Shown in pieces: positions 51,965 through 64,000 of a stretch of DNA of 64,000 nt. The DNA is from Octopus sinensis (Eukaryota). The stretch is taken from assembly GCF_006345805.1 (NCBI RefSeq), contig NC_043008.1, forward strand, positions 20,894,001 through 20,958,000, given 5' to 3'. Position 1 is the first letter of the stretch; every line of letters begins with the position of its first letter. The notes under the pieces were generated by a model. It saw nothing but the letters and a program-made list of their open reading frames with translations, made no database searches and was not told where the DNA came from. A program made the position numbers and the translations under genes.

Positions 51965-52140
51965 TTAACAAGCTGGCAGAATTGTTAGAATACTGAGCAA
52001 AATGCTTAGTGGGATTTCGCCCATTTTTTCGTTCTGAGTTCAAATTCCGCCGGGGTCGACTTTGCCTTTTATCTTTTCGGAGTCGATGAAATAAGTACCA
52101 GTTATGCACTGGGATCGATGCTATCGACTAGCTCCCTCCC
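51965..52140 (+). mobile_element. SINE family B variant, plus strand
   Basis: agctggcagaattgttag...ctgagttcaaattccgcc...ggagtcgatgaaataagtaccagtt. Confidence 0.8.
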
Positions 52141-52166
52141 TTAAAACTTCAGGATTATTTAATAGT

Positions 52167-52402
52167 TATTTCTTTACTACCCACAAGGGGTTAAAGACAG
52201 AGGGGACAAACAAGGACAGACAAACGGATTGAGACGATTACATCGACCCCAGTGCGTAACTGGTACTTAATTTATCGACACCCAAAAGGATGAAAGGCAA
52301 AGTCGACCTCGGCGGAATTTGAACTCAGAATGTAATACCAGACGAAATACGGCTACGCATTTCGCCCGGCGTGTTAACGTTTCTGCCAGCTCGCCGCCTT
52401 AT
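52167..52402 (-). mobile_element. SINE family B, full length, with TSD
   Basis: 13-bp TSD ATTATTTAATAGT at 52154-52166 and 52403-52415. Confidence 0.9.
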
Positions 52403-53176
52403 ATTATTTAATAGTAACCTACTGTAAGTTTTCCCGACTAATCATATTTTTGTACGCATACACTACTTCAAATTTTGAAGGGGGATAGCTTTGCGTGTAA
52501 TGTATTCCACTACACAAGTATAATTACTAAATCTTACTCTTATTAAATTCAAATCACTTTCGAATTTTTCCTGGTCCTTACTTTGTGGGTGATTTCTATT
52601 GCTCTTGGAGACGAATTTCTCATCTGTAACTATGTTATTGATGTTTTTGTGGATGAAATATGCCTACTATTTCATTCTTCTCTAAACCTTGTTAGTTTTC
52701 ATCAACTTAAACATATCAATTAGGCCATTTAACATGAACAATTCACTATAATTACACAAATTATATTGTAATAAATGGCGAAGTAGGGTAACAGTACTAA
52801 GACCAACCAATACAATTAATAAAAGTTACTCTGCTGAATTTAGTGGACAAAAAAATAAAGACGTTTACATTATAAACTTCTTAATACATTTTTATATTGA
52901 AAATTGAAATAACAAATAATGCTATAATTTGAAGCAATTACAATGACAGAACTTCAACGAACAGTTAAAACTAGTATTCCCAGATGAGAGTTTAGTCTGT
53001 AGGGAAAAAAGGAGTCACTTTGAAATTTTGATGTTATTATTCAGAAATTTCATGCTAGCATTATTAATTTTGTGCATCTATATTTTTAATTTTGTTGTTT
53101 AAAATAACAATTTTGCCCAAAGGAAATGTGTCGCACATTATTGTTAACATTATTTATATGCGTGCGTGTGCATATA

Positions 53177-53223
<47 letters not shown>

Positions 53224-53261
53224 GAGAGACAGACAGACAGACAGACAGAAACATTACATAC

Positions 53262-53310
<49 letters not shown>

Positions 53311-53342
53311 CAGAAGACAGACAGACAGACAGACAGAAACAT

Positions 53343-53380
<38 letters not shown>

Positions 53381-53413
53381 AATACACACACACACACATC
53401 TATATATATAATA

Positions 53414-53463
<50 letters not shown>

Positions 53464-54434
53464 ATATATATATATATATGTATGTGTATATATTATATAT
53501 ATATATAAATTGTATATATATATACAGTAAAAGTTGAGGTCTGCACTATCAGTCATTTTACTTATTTGATAAAGTATGTTATATAATATATTTATATGTA
53601 CGTGTGTGTGTGTGTGTTTGTGGTTGTGTAGGCGTGTGTGCGTGCGTGTTCTTATAGACTACCAAAGTTATTTTTCTCTGAAGTATGCTTGAAATTTCCA
53701 TTCCATTAACAATATCCAACAATTGATGACTAACTCAATTGACATATATTTATTCATTTATTTATTTATTCATATATTTGCCACTCGAATTGCAAATGGA
53801 CGCTGCAACTAGAATACTTTATAGCTTTCATTTTAACACCGCTCCGCTCCGCTCCCTCATTTTCTTTCTCTCTCTTTCTTTATTTCTCTATCTCAAGAGA
53901 GATAGACAGAGACAGAGAAGGAGAGGAATAAAATGAATTGTACCACATTCATTCATGCAATTGTCATGTGCATTAATTGCTTCAAATTCATTTCAAGAAA
54001 TTCGTTCGAACTTTTTTTTCTTATTTTATGGTTTAAACAGCAAAGGAAGGTGTCGGCTACCGTGACCCTTTTAAGTGCTTTGCGGACATGTGGAAGGAGG
54101 AAAAGGAAAACGTTTACTCGGTCCGAAGGTCTGGTCCGAATGCTTGCTGCAGAGGACTATGTTGAAAGATCCCCAAACACAAGTTACTTAAGATAAACAT
54201 TTGAACCCTGTAACAGATTAAAGCTAGATTAACGCAGGTTGGAATGAGGGCCCACGTAGAAAATGAAAGCGTGTAGATCTCGCTTCGTTGCATTTATAGA
54301 TATAGGAAGAAGTGGGGTCTGGCGGGCAGTACACTCATCGTAAAGCAACGGGTTTTAATTTAGGCTCAAGGCCAGATATTAGGGAGGAAGGAGTTAGTCG
54401 ATGCTACCGACCCCATACTGTATGAACCACGAAA

Positions 54435-54826
54435 TAGGCGTAGAAATGGCTGTATGGTAAGTAACTTGCTTACCAACTACATGGTTCCGGGTTCAGTCCC
54501 ACTGTGTGGCACCTTGGGCAAGTGTCTTCTACTATAGCCTTGGGCCAACCAAAGCCTTGTGAGTGGATTTGGTAGACTAAAACTTAAAGAAGCCCGTCCT
54601 ATATATGTATATCTATGTATGTGTGTATATGTTTGCGTGTCTGTGTTTGTTCCCCCTCCCCAACATCGCTTGACAACAATGCTGGTGTGTTTACGACGAC
54701 GTAACTCAACGGTTAGAGAAAAGAGACCGATAGAATAAGTACTAGGCTTACAAAGAATAAGTCCTGGGGTCGATTTGCTCCAGCATGGCCACAGTCAAAT
54801 GACTGAAACAAGTAAAAGAGTAAATA
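54435..54826 (+). mobile_element. SINE family C (tRNA head, CORE-like segment, internal TA/TG microsatellite, tail)
   Basis: tggctgtatggtaag A-box, gggttcagtcc B-box, and caccttgggcaagtgtctt resembling the MIR/CORE motif. Confidence 0.8.
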
Positions 54827-54984
54827 ATAAAAGGCAAAGGTGACCTCGTCGGAATTCGAACTCAGTATGTAACGAGACGGAAGGAATGCAAGTCCACGAG
54901 TCATTTTTAGCTGATACCTTAAAGAATTTTTTACACTTTTAAGACAATAAGAAATATAATGATTCACTCAACGAGTCTCAACGC

Positions 54985-55768
54985 TATTTATTTCTTCTAT
55001 TGTCACAACGCCTGAAATTGCTGAACCGAAACGTGTGTTACGGATCCAGAAACTATGAAAGTGAAGTCGACATCGGTGGAATTTGAATGCTGAGCGTAAA
55101 GTGCCGGATGAAATACCGTTAAGCATTTTGTCCGACACGCTAACGATTCTGCTTTCACGACATCAAATGCTGAAGAAACATGTATATATATTAATGATTC
55201 CAAAGTTTGATACAGGGCCAGTAGGTTTTGAGGGGAGAGGGAAGCCGATTTCATCGACTCCAGTACTCAACTGGTACTTATTTTATAGACCTCCAAAGGA
55301 GGACAGGGAAGTCGACCTGTGTAGAATTTGAGCTCAAAACGAAAAGACGGATCAAATACTTATTTCTTTACTACCCACAAGGAGCTAAACACAGAGAGGA
55401 GAAACAAGGAGTGACAAACGGATTAAGTCGATTATATCAACGCCAATGCGTAACTGGTACCTATTTTATCGACCCCGAAAGGATGAAAGGCAAAGTCGGC
55501 CTCGGCGGAATTTGAACTCAGAACGTAACGGCAGACGAAATACCTATTTCTTTACTACCCACAAGGGGCAAAACACAGAGAGGACAAACAAGGACAGACA
55601 AACGGATTAAGTCGATTATATCGACCCCAGTGCGTAACTGGTACTTATTTAATCGACCCCGAAAGGATGAAAGGCAAAGTCGACCTCGGCGGAATTTGAA
55701 CTCAGAACGTAACGGCAGACGAAATACCGCTAAGCATTTCGCCCGACGTGCTAACGTTTCTGCCAGCA
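54985..55768 (-). mobile_element. Cluster of SINE B2/B units including a B2-B-B multimer (55195-55768)
   Basis: Junctions aaatac-ttatttc (~55357) and gacgaaatac-ctatttc (~55541). Confidence 0.8.
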
Positions 55769-57002
55769 TATATAAAGAATGTGGTGCTTATGTGTATAAT
55801 ATGGCTTGTACAGTGTAAATGTGTTTAGTTCATAGTGTAATACGTATGGTACATTTTGTTTAACGGTAATGCGTATAGTGTAATGGCTGTACTATGATAT
55901 GTAGAATGTTGCAACTAATGCTTTGTAATAAAATACTTGAAATATGTGATTAGAGTTGGGCCTTTGAAATGTATATACAACCCGTCAGAGCGACTTTCAC
56001 ACAGACCAGCTTTCACACAGAATCTCTTTACACGACTTCAATGATGAAGATTAGGTTGACCTGAGACTACAATAGAACATACTTGCTCCAAATGACACAC
56101 AATAAAATCGCCCCTGGAACTTTTGACAACGAAACGAATACCTTAACCGCTCTGCTACGTCTTTGTCCACCCCAGAATAAAGCATAAACAAATAGAAAAA
56201 AAAACTACATTATTCGGCAATGTGATATTTTTTTTCATATTAAAGAAACAATACTAACATTGTTATATTGTCTTATGTTTATTGAAATTACACGAGTTTA
56301 TTACACAGGTCCGCTCTGATCACACAGACTTAATAGAAGGTTCTCTAGCTGCGGGACCAACCTGATTTTTTTTTTGTCCAAGACTAAAGTACAACCAGAC
56401 ATCATTCTGTCTTGGTATCATATACCTTGCTTTCGCTAAGGAAAGAGTCAACTACTGGGCCTCTTTTAAGTGCTTTTGAAACTTGTGGAAAGAAGGAAAG
56501 AGATTCAATGAAATAACCAAGATGTTACACCTAGAGGGAGAGGGAGCTACACAAGTACAACCCGGCATTTGTCACGGATGAGTAAGAACAGTGCAACGAG
56601 AAATGAAGTACTTAGCTTAAGGACACAAGGTGCTACCTAGTCCAGGAATTGAGCCTACGATCTTCTGCTCATTAACTGAATACCCTTATAGTTTGGCCAT
56701 GCGCCTTCGTATCTGAGACAGTTTCCAAAGTGTCCCTCTTTTCATAAAACTTTAGGGTTTGAATAGAGGAAACTTTTGTTGTTATTTCTAGTAGGCTCAC
56801 TCATTAGCTTGCTGCGATTGATTTTTGAAAGTGCATTGTCGATTTGCGTGTGATTTTAACTTCGAACCGAGAGAACCGTAAAACTGAACAATGCAAATGC
56901 CATTAGTTTACTTTTTCTGCCATTTGTCTCTATATATTTCCAGAATATATATTCTAGAAACGTTATTAATTTTCCGTATTCTGGCTTATTCTGGTGCTTA
57001 TC

Positions 57003-57859
57003 ATTACCTCCGCCTTCGCTAAAGCGGAGGTATTGTTTTCAGTCGCGTTTGTTTGTTTGTCGGTGGACAAGATATCCCAAGAACCGCTGGATGGATTCGG
57101 ATGAAACTTTCAGGGATGTTTGACCTCGTGATTGACACGAATTGATTAGATTTTGGGATCGAACCGAGACAGGACAAGGATTCTGGATTAGTTTACCTGT
57201 TTTTTACTTAATTTTTGAGAGCGATCGGGTTCATTTTTACTATTTTCGTTTGAGAGCAGTCGAGTTTATTTCAGATATTCTCATTTTAAAAATCATCTCT
57301 GGCTAATCATTGAGAGGACGTTGGTGTTTTTCTTCTTCTTCTTCTTCCAATCAGGACTCATGCCATTAGCCACAAAGAATAATCTCTAATTCGAGCCTAC
57401 TCTAAGCTACTAAGAATGCGTGTGGCAACTTGAAGATCCACCCACCACACGAGATAGACTGGCGGTTGCACGGGCGCGAAAGCTACGTTGTTATCTTCAT
57501 TTCGTAAACGATGACTTTTAACGGGTGACGAGCTGAACCATCCTGGGGTACAGAGGATTCGCAATCTAGACTAGGGTTTGAAAGTTTACCACACCATAAT
57601 GGGTTACACCATGTGTTTTAGGGAAACACATGCTTCGTGGCAGAAGTAGGAAGGAAGAGTGAGAGAAAGTTGTGGTGAAAGAGTACAGTGGGGTTCACCA
57701 CCCACTAATCCTCGCCGGAGCTTCGTGGAGTTTAGATGTTTTTGCTTAATAAACCGCGTTCTTACGACCGCGAGTCCGCTACCCTAACCAAGGAGTCATT
57801 GCGCCTCCACGGACGTTAGTGTTTCTTTGGCGGAGGTTTGCGTCCTCTAAGTGCTCTTG
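57003..57859 (+). mobile_element. Helentron-associated (HINE/DINE-1-like) non-autonomous element interrupted by a SINE
   Basis: 5' ATTACCTCCGCC with local hairpin (57006-57031), (TTTG)n, 3' GGCGGAGGT sub-terminal inverted repeat (57829-57837), end ctctaagtgctcttgtt. Confidence 0.65.
57330..57810 (-). mobile_element. SINE family A, tail type 4 ending in (GAA)n, with TSD
   Basis: 14-bp TSD GGACGTT(G/A)GTGTTT at 57316-57329 and 57811-57824. Confidence 0.85.
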
Positions 57860-58721
57860 TTGTTGTTGTTTTACCACGTACGAAATTATTTCTTATTAAA
57901 TTAAAATTCATCGACGTCAATTCAATAATTTCGCTGCTTCAGAAAAAAAAAGATATTTAAAATACGATAAAAATAAAACAAGACAAACATGATTAATGAA
58001 ATATTTATTTTCTTCGGATTTTTGAATGAGAGTCTTGAAAATTGTCATAACATATTTTCAACATTTCACTGAGTTTTCGCGTCTTAAATAAACCAATCTG
58101 TAGAAAATCATAAAATATAATTTAGGTTAGAGAGTTCCTTTATTTAATTATATTTTATATTTTCTTTATAGCGTAACAAGAGAAAAGCACAAATCTCAAA
58201 CTTGAATTTGATATATATCTTACACATATACAAATACATACATAGTGTTCGTGTGTGTGTGGGGCGGGGTTCAGTAGAAGTGATTTTTAAAATTATTTTG
58301 ACTTATTCTTTTACCTTTCTTTTATGGGATTTGAAGAATTTAAGCGACAAAAATCATTATTTTGCTAGCAGATATATCTCACTTACCATTGGCTGGCAAG
58401 GCAACGTTATTCTATTCATCGCGATAAACATATTCTCTCCAAAGCCCTCTGGAACATTCTCAGAACTTACTCAGCTGTGAATTATTATGTCAAAATAAGA
58501 ATTCGCGTATCAAATATTTGGGTTTTATTTTTATCTATATTTTACAATTGGAATATAAAAGAAGTTATTTCCAATAAGAGTTGTCAGCTAGTTCGACCAT
58601 TATAATGGCGTATATAAGGAAACATTGCTTAGTTGCCAATTATATATATGTATGTATGTATGTACGTATTGTATGCACACACGTATACACACACATATAT
58701 ATATCTATATCTATATATCTA

Positions 58722-58758
<37 letters not shown>

Positions 58759-59811
58759 AGATATATATATATATATATTGGTTTCCTTTTATATCTAATC
58801 ATAAATTTCCTCAGTTTTATAAGAACTGATAAAAGCAAGACTACAATTAAAGGCAATAAAGCGAAAACTCCCTTGTTCAATTACAGTCAGTAGATTCCAT
58901 TACAAGAATTTCGACAATAATGCTAATTTATTAGATATTGTGTTTCAAAGTTAATTACAATGATACCGCCACTTAATTTTACTTTCTATAGACCTAGTTA
59001 TTAACATCTTATTTTGAACTTTCATAACTGATAAAAAAAAAAGCACTAGATTTCTGTAAATTTCCGTGCAATATCCATTATTATAAGGCGTCGGTTCCTC
59101 GTGGAAAATTTCTTACATTACTTCATTAATGTTATCATTACTTTTGAGAAAAACAAATATTAACCTCGCACGTTCTCATAATTATATTCTTTATATTTGC
59201 GGCTTTGTGTCTAAGTAATTGATATAACTTGTATCAATATGAGAAATAGATAAGAACTCCACTGATTCTATCATGCACACACACTGTATATATATATATA
59301 TATTATATTATATATATATATTATGTATAGATATGTATATATATTTATATGTATGTATAGATATGTATATATATATATATATATGTTATATATGTATGAA
59401 TGTATGTATATATATATATATATAATAGTCGAAAGAAAACATAGAATATACATAGAATAACTATTTTTAATCACAGGTCAGTCAATTAATAAGTTCTTAC
59501 ATCTTTTTCGCCTACGTTACCTTTTGGGCAATTGTTATTGTCCATATTTGCAACCTTTTACGTGCATAATGATGCTATAAAACAATGGCCTCTTCTGGGC
59601 ATATTGGTTGCTATTTTTTCCACTTCTCTCGAATGGAGAATTTATTCCGACTGAATGGTAAGCTTTTAGACCTTTTGTTTAACTGTGTGTTGGCTGTTGT
59701 TCTAAGAATAGTTCAAAACTGACATTTTAGCTCTATTTGTCAAGAGAAGAATTTGCAACCGAGAAACTAGGTCACGTCACTATTCCACACTTATTGGTTT
59801 CTTTAACAAAT

Positions 59812-59927
59812 ACCCAGGTTCGAAATTTCCCCAAGATACCTGATGAAGGCTGAAGGGTACATCAGCCGAAATTTGTGTTAACAACAAATAAATATCCGTC
59901 AATTGTAAATAATGTAAATAATGTACA
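59812..59927 (+). mobile_element. Family E hammerhead-like tail fragment inserted antisense within the Naiad
   Basis: CTGATGA (59840-59846), A, GGCTGA/TCAGCC stem II, GAAA (59868-59871); flanks match the reverse complement of 46235-46360. Confidence 0.75.
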
Positions 59928-61985
59928 TTTCGTAGAAGTTATTTAATCTTTTAACATTTTGTGCAGTAATAATTTGTTTATATATCTTGAATTACACAAA
60001 CCCACCCTCACTTTGTGTGAGTTAATTATTTTATAGTATTTACAGTTTACTGAGAAATGTCTACAAATGGCTGAATAGAACAGTTTTGTTATATTAGAGC
60101 TAATTTGCTTTCCGAGTGGTATTGCCTACCATTCAATATTATCTTTAGAACGGTTTTTGTGGAAGTCATGGGTTGTAACTTTTTCCTGGTTTATTTGAAT
60201 TATTTTTGTTTAGTTTATTATCTTTCCTATTAATTTCTTTGTTTATTTCATTTTCTTTAGCTTTACTATTGTTGCTTTCTGTTCTATTCTGGTTTGTATT
60301 CATATAGTTATTTTTATTGTAGTTTTATTTCCAGCTTTTTAAACTTATTTGCTTTATTTTCTGTCCGTTTCATAGTGCTTTCAGCTTTATTATTCTTATT
60401 TGATTTATTTTCTATCTGTTCCATAATGTTTTCCTCTTTATTATTCTTGTCCATTTTATGTACTATTTTAGTATTTATTTCCCAACCTTTGTATTTTTTT
60501 ATTTTCTTGTTTAATATCACCATTAGGAATTTGTTTAGTGTATTATTCTTGCTTTCTGAATTTACGCTTCGTCTATGGAATTTTAATTTTTGTTTGTATC
60601 TGGCTTCACTTAGTACTATGTCATAGTATTCTACAATCTCTCCTTCTCCACGGAGAGATTTGAAATTCCTCCAGATATATTTTCTACTAATTTATCTGTA
60701 ATACATCTTGGATGGTTACTATTTTTGCTTTTGCATCTTAAATTAGCATTAGGTTTGTGGTATGGTTTATATTTACCTGCTTGAAGATCTAGGTTCATAT
60801 CCAAGAATTTGACAGTGTTGTCCTTTTTCAATTGTCATAGATACCCCTATACATATTCTTAAACATTTATAGAATCTCTTTTTACATATTTCCATTTGCC
60901 TATTAGAGGGGCTATCTAGGGTAAAACGCGCATCATCTCTCTGAGTTCTGGAAATTCCCTACCTAACGTAAACACTAAATACATTCCTATCAAATTTGTA
61001 ACCTGTGCGGAGTCCGTAGATCACATAGTTATGCCGAAGCTATAATTCGTATCTTTCCTAATCCAGTATTTATGATCGAATTGTATAATTGATTTCCTAG
61101 CTGCCAACATTACATTAATTTCAATCATATTAACATCTGAATTCCTTTTAGCAAATATGAAGGCTTAATTGAGTAGTATAAGGTTAATAGACGAATAGTA
61201 GTTGTCTATATCGATTTCAATAAATATTTCTATTTTTGTTATCTATTTTGTAAAGCCATTTTAATACATCCTGTGAGTTCGACAATAGTTTTAATTTTAA
61301 TATGTTTCTTAGTGTTGGTATATATTTATCGATTATCCTTTTATTTATTTTCCTAGGTCGGACTTGCCAGGCCATATTAGTCTAGCGCTAAGGTTACTGC
61401 TAAAATTACGTTTATGGTCTTTCAAATTTATCCTAGGTCTTCTAGGTTCAAATGGTTCTGTTTTATCTACTATCTTATATCTAATCAGTATTTCCTTAGC
61501 TGTTTTGTTTATCCTTTTTAATGTTCTACTGTTTGCTATCTTATAATTTTTTGTTATTTCGTTTTTAAGTAGTTTATGATAGTGGTGGACGTTAAGATTA
61601 TATAGATTGCCAGTTTTCTCATCATGAACTAGAATTTCGTCTTTTCTCTTTAGGTCCTTGGTGATAGAATTTAATTTCTCTAAATGCTCATTTCTTCTTT
61701 GAGGAAATTTTTAAAATTTAATGTTCTTAACTATGATGCATAATTCGTCCTCAGAAGTTGTTAAATGACTATTTCATAGTGGGTATTTCCTTGCCTTGAA
61801 AGTTCTCTGGATCGTCGGTATTTCTTCGCTATTAGTATTGTTAGAAGTTTCTACCTTCTTACGGTAGAAATAGGCTTTACATCTAAGTCTGAACATGAAA
61901 GCTGTTGTCTTTTCCATAATGTCCTTCATATACTCCTTTTTAAGTAGTATTGGAATATTTTTTACATTAATCTTAATCTTATTTC

Positions 61986-62030
61986 GGCCAGAGTCCTTTC
62001 GTCACACTTCTGTGACCTCATCAGTGGTCC
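61986..62030 (-). ncRNA. Minimal type-I hammerhead ribozyme at the 5' end of the Naiad ORF
   Basis: GGACCA-CUGAUGA-G-GUCAC-agaagu-GUGAC-GAAA-GGAC-UC-UGGCC; same strand as, and immediately upstream of, the ORF. Confidence 0.75.
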
Positions 62031-62310
62031 TTTGCTTTCTTCTTTCTTATTTGTGTTAGGTTTACTAAATTGGTTAATTGATCAAATGAGGTAAATTGAA
62101 CGAGCTAAGAAAATTAATGCTACTTTCGTTGGAGCCATTTCTGAAAAATGTACCTATAATGACTACTGGAAACACCTGTAAGCCTTATTTACTCCAATAA
62201 AGGAATTATATGTAATGAACATTATTTCTAATATGTTTCTTATATATCACTTTATGACCATTATTTTAAATTTGTTTCTTATACACACACATATACATAC
62301 ACATATATAT

Positions 62311-62561
62311 TCTTTTATTCTTTTGTTTGTTTCAGTCATTTGACTGCGGCCATGCTGGACCATTGCCTTTAGTCGAGCAAATCGACCCCAGGACTTATTG
62401 TTTGTCAAACTAGTACTTATTCTATCGGTTTATTTTTGCCGAACCGCTAAGTTATGGGGACGTAAACACACCAGCATCGGTTGTCAAGCGATACTGGGGG
62501 ACAAACACACACACACACACACACACACATACACACACACATACACACACACACATACACA

Positions 62562-62603
<42 letters not shown>

Positions 62604-62834
62604 CATATATATATATACATATATTCGCCATGATAAATCGCTAGCCAGCAAACCATTTTTTTATTTTCTCTCGCTGTTTATTTCTGTCTTCCTTTCTCTT
62701 CGAAGAGCGCAGGCTCGAAGCGTAAAAGACTTTCTCACTTCCCGAACGTTACACTAATACATCTGTTTGTTGTTTACACACCGGTCTTCGTCCTTTGTTT
62801 TGTTTTGTTTTTGGAAATTCTCACTATATATATA

Positions 62835-62877
<43 letters not shown>

Positions 62878-63012
62878 ATATATATACGACTGTCTTCTTT
62901 CAGTTTTGGAGGCTATAGTTGAAGATACTTGCCCAAGGCGCGACGCAGTGGGATTGAACCCGGAACTGTGCGGTTGTAAGTAAGGTACTTACCACATGCC
63001 CGCTCCTGTGCT
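62311..63012 (-). mobile_element. SINE family C with a nested family-D copy (62655-62825, +) in its internal microsatellite
   Basis: C tail 62311-62505 and C head 62885-63012 are separated by (CA)n, family D and (TA)n. Confidence 0.8.
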
Positions 63013-63141
63013 TATGTATGCATGTATGTATGTATGTGTATATTATATATATATATATATAATATATATGTAATATACACACACATATATATATGTTGTG
63101 TGTATGTATATGTAAGTATATATATTCTGTATGTATATATG

Positions 63142-63172
<31 letters not shown>

Positions 63173-64000
63173 TTATGCATATATATATGTATAATATTAT
63201 ATACGTATATGTATACATATATGTACATATAATATATATGCACATACACTATAAAAGATATATATATATATAATATATATATATAATATAATATATAATA
63301 TATATATATGGTCTGTCGAAATATCCATTTCTCTGGCTACGTTTATCTGTGTAATTTAACTTATTACATTATCTAGTAGTCGTAAAACTGTTATTAGAGA
63401 ATAAAAAGAAATTAAGAAATTACTCGGAATTACGGTTTCTAGATGAACAATAATAAAAAAAACGATCATATCATTTTTTTTAAAAAAAATTACGTATATC
63501 AAAATTAAATCAACACTTTTAGCTTCCCCAATGTTTAACTAACACGAAACACATAATAATATTTACTACAATGATAAAAAAAATTGAAAATGTATCAGCT
63601 TTCTTTGAAACTATCTTATCAAATTATAGTAAACTAATAAGACTGCAGCATCGGATTAGATTGATTTCCTATCTTACTGCCTTATTATTGTATTTTATGA
63701 TACGAGTGTTTAGTATTAAGGACTATCCATTTCTCTTAGCATATTCATACTTTTACAAACAGGTCGTTGATATTTTCTTGTAATAGCGTATCATTCATTG
63801 AAATATCGCACAATGAAGTATTAATGAGACTGTCAATAATGAACAAAAGAATGGTTATTGTTATCTTTTGTTTAGTCTTTTATCTTTTATTTATTTCAGT
63901 TCATTGGATTACGGTCAGACTGAGGCACCGTTTTGAAATGTTTAGTCGAACAAAATCAACACCAGTATACACTTCTGTTTTATTTTCTTGGGCTTTTGTT

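Larger units (their letters stand above)
59450..62045 (-). mobile_element. Near-full-length decayed Naiad-type Penelope-like retroelement (N-terminus, RT, linker, GIY-YIG)
   Basis: VKNIPILLKKEY...FRLRCKAYF; LKDHKRNF...RLIWPGKSDLGK; QRDD; KFLDMNLDLQAGKYKPYHKPN...SNHP; NIEW..P..TKLF...RHF; ICPEE. Many stops and frameshifts. Confidence 0.85.

Noticed and set aside
54039-54140. Plus-strand exon candidate AKEGVGYRDPFKCFADMWKEEKE (carrier-like)
   Set aside because: A homologous sequence with a stop occurs at ~56435-56510 within a SINE-F body, and there is no strong donor. Likely repeat-derived.
61770-61800. In-frame TGA in the Naiad ORF as selenocysteine recoding
   Set aside because: The copy has many TAA/TAG stops and frameshifts, so this TGA is most simply decay. 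No SECIS was identified.

Overview
AT-rich, microsatellite-dense eukaryotic DNA. The repeat landscape points to a coleoid cephalopod, most likely Octopus: several tRNA-derived SINE families and very long (TA)n, (AGAT)n, (TACA)n and (AAT)n tracts. No complete protein-coding gene, rRNA, true tRNA gene or CRISPR array is visible. The window looks like a large intron or intergenic region. It contains one good candidate coding exon (+, 30299-30409) and a few weaker ones. Nearly all long ORFs in the supplied track are microsatellite translation artefacts. Recognisable elements are: at least 4 tRNA-SINE families (several copies with clean TSDs), a decayed near-full-length Naiad-type Penelope-like element (PLE; RT plus GIY-YIG), a separate GIY-YIG-only PLE piece, R4/Dong-type LINE 3' ends stacked in (AAT)n, mariner, maT and Tc1 remnants, MITEs and a Helentron-associated element. 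The most interesting layer is RNA-structural: at least five unrelated families of minimal type-I hammerhead-ribozyme(-like) motifs, most ending at a (TA)n tract. One of them is fused behind a palindromic tRNA-like Pol III head, suggesting a PLE-mobilised, ribozyme-tailed SINE. A SINE trimer that inserted as a single event with a fixed internal junction is also notable. All family assignments come from motif recognition by eye, not from database searches.
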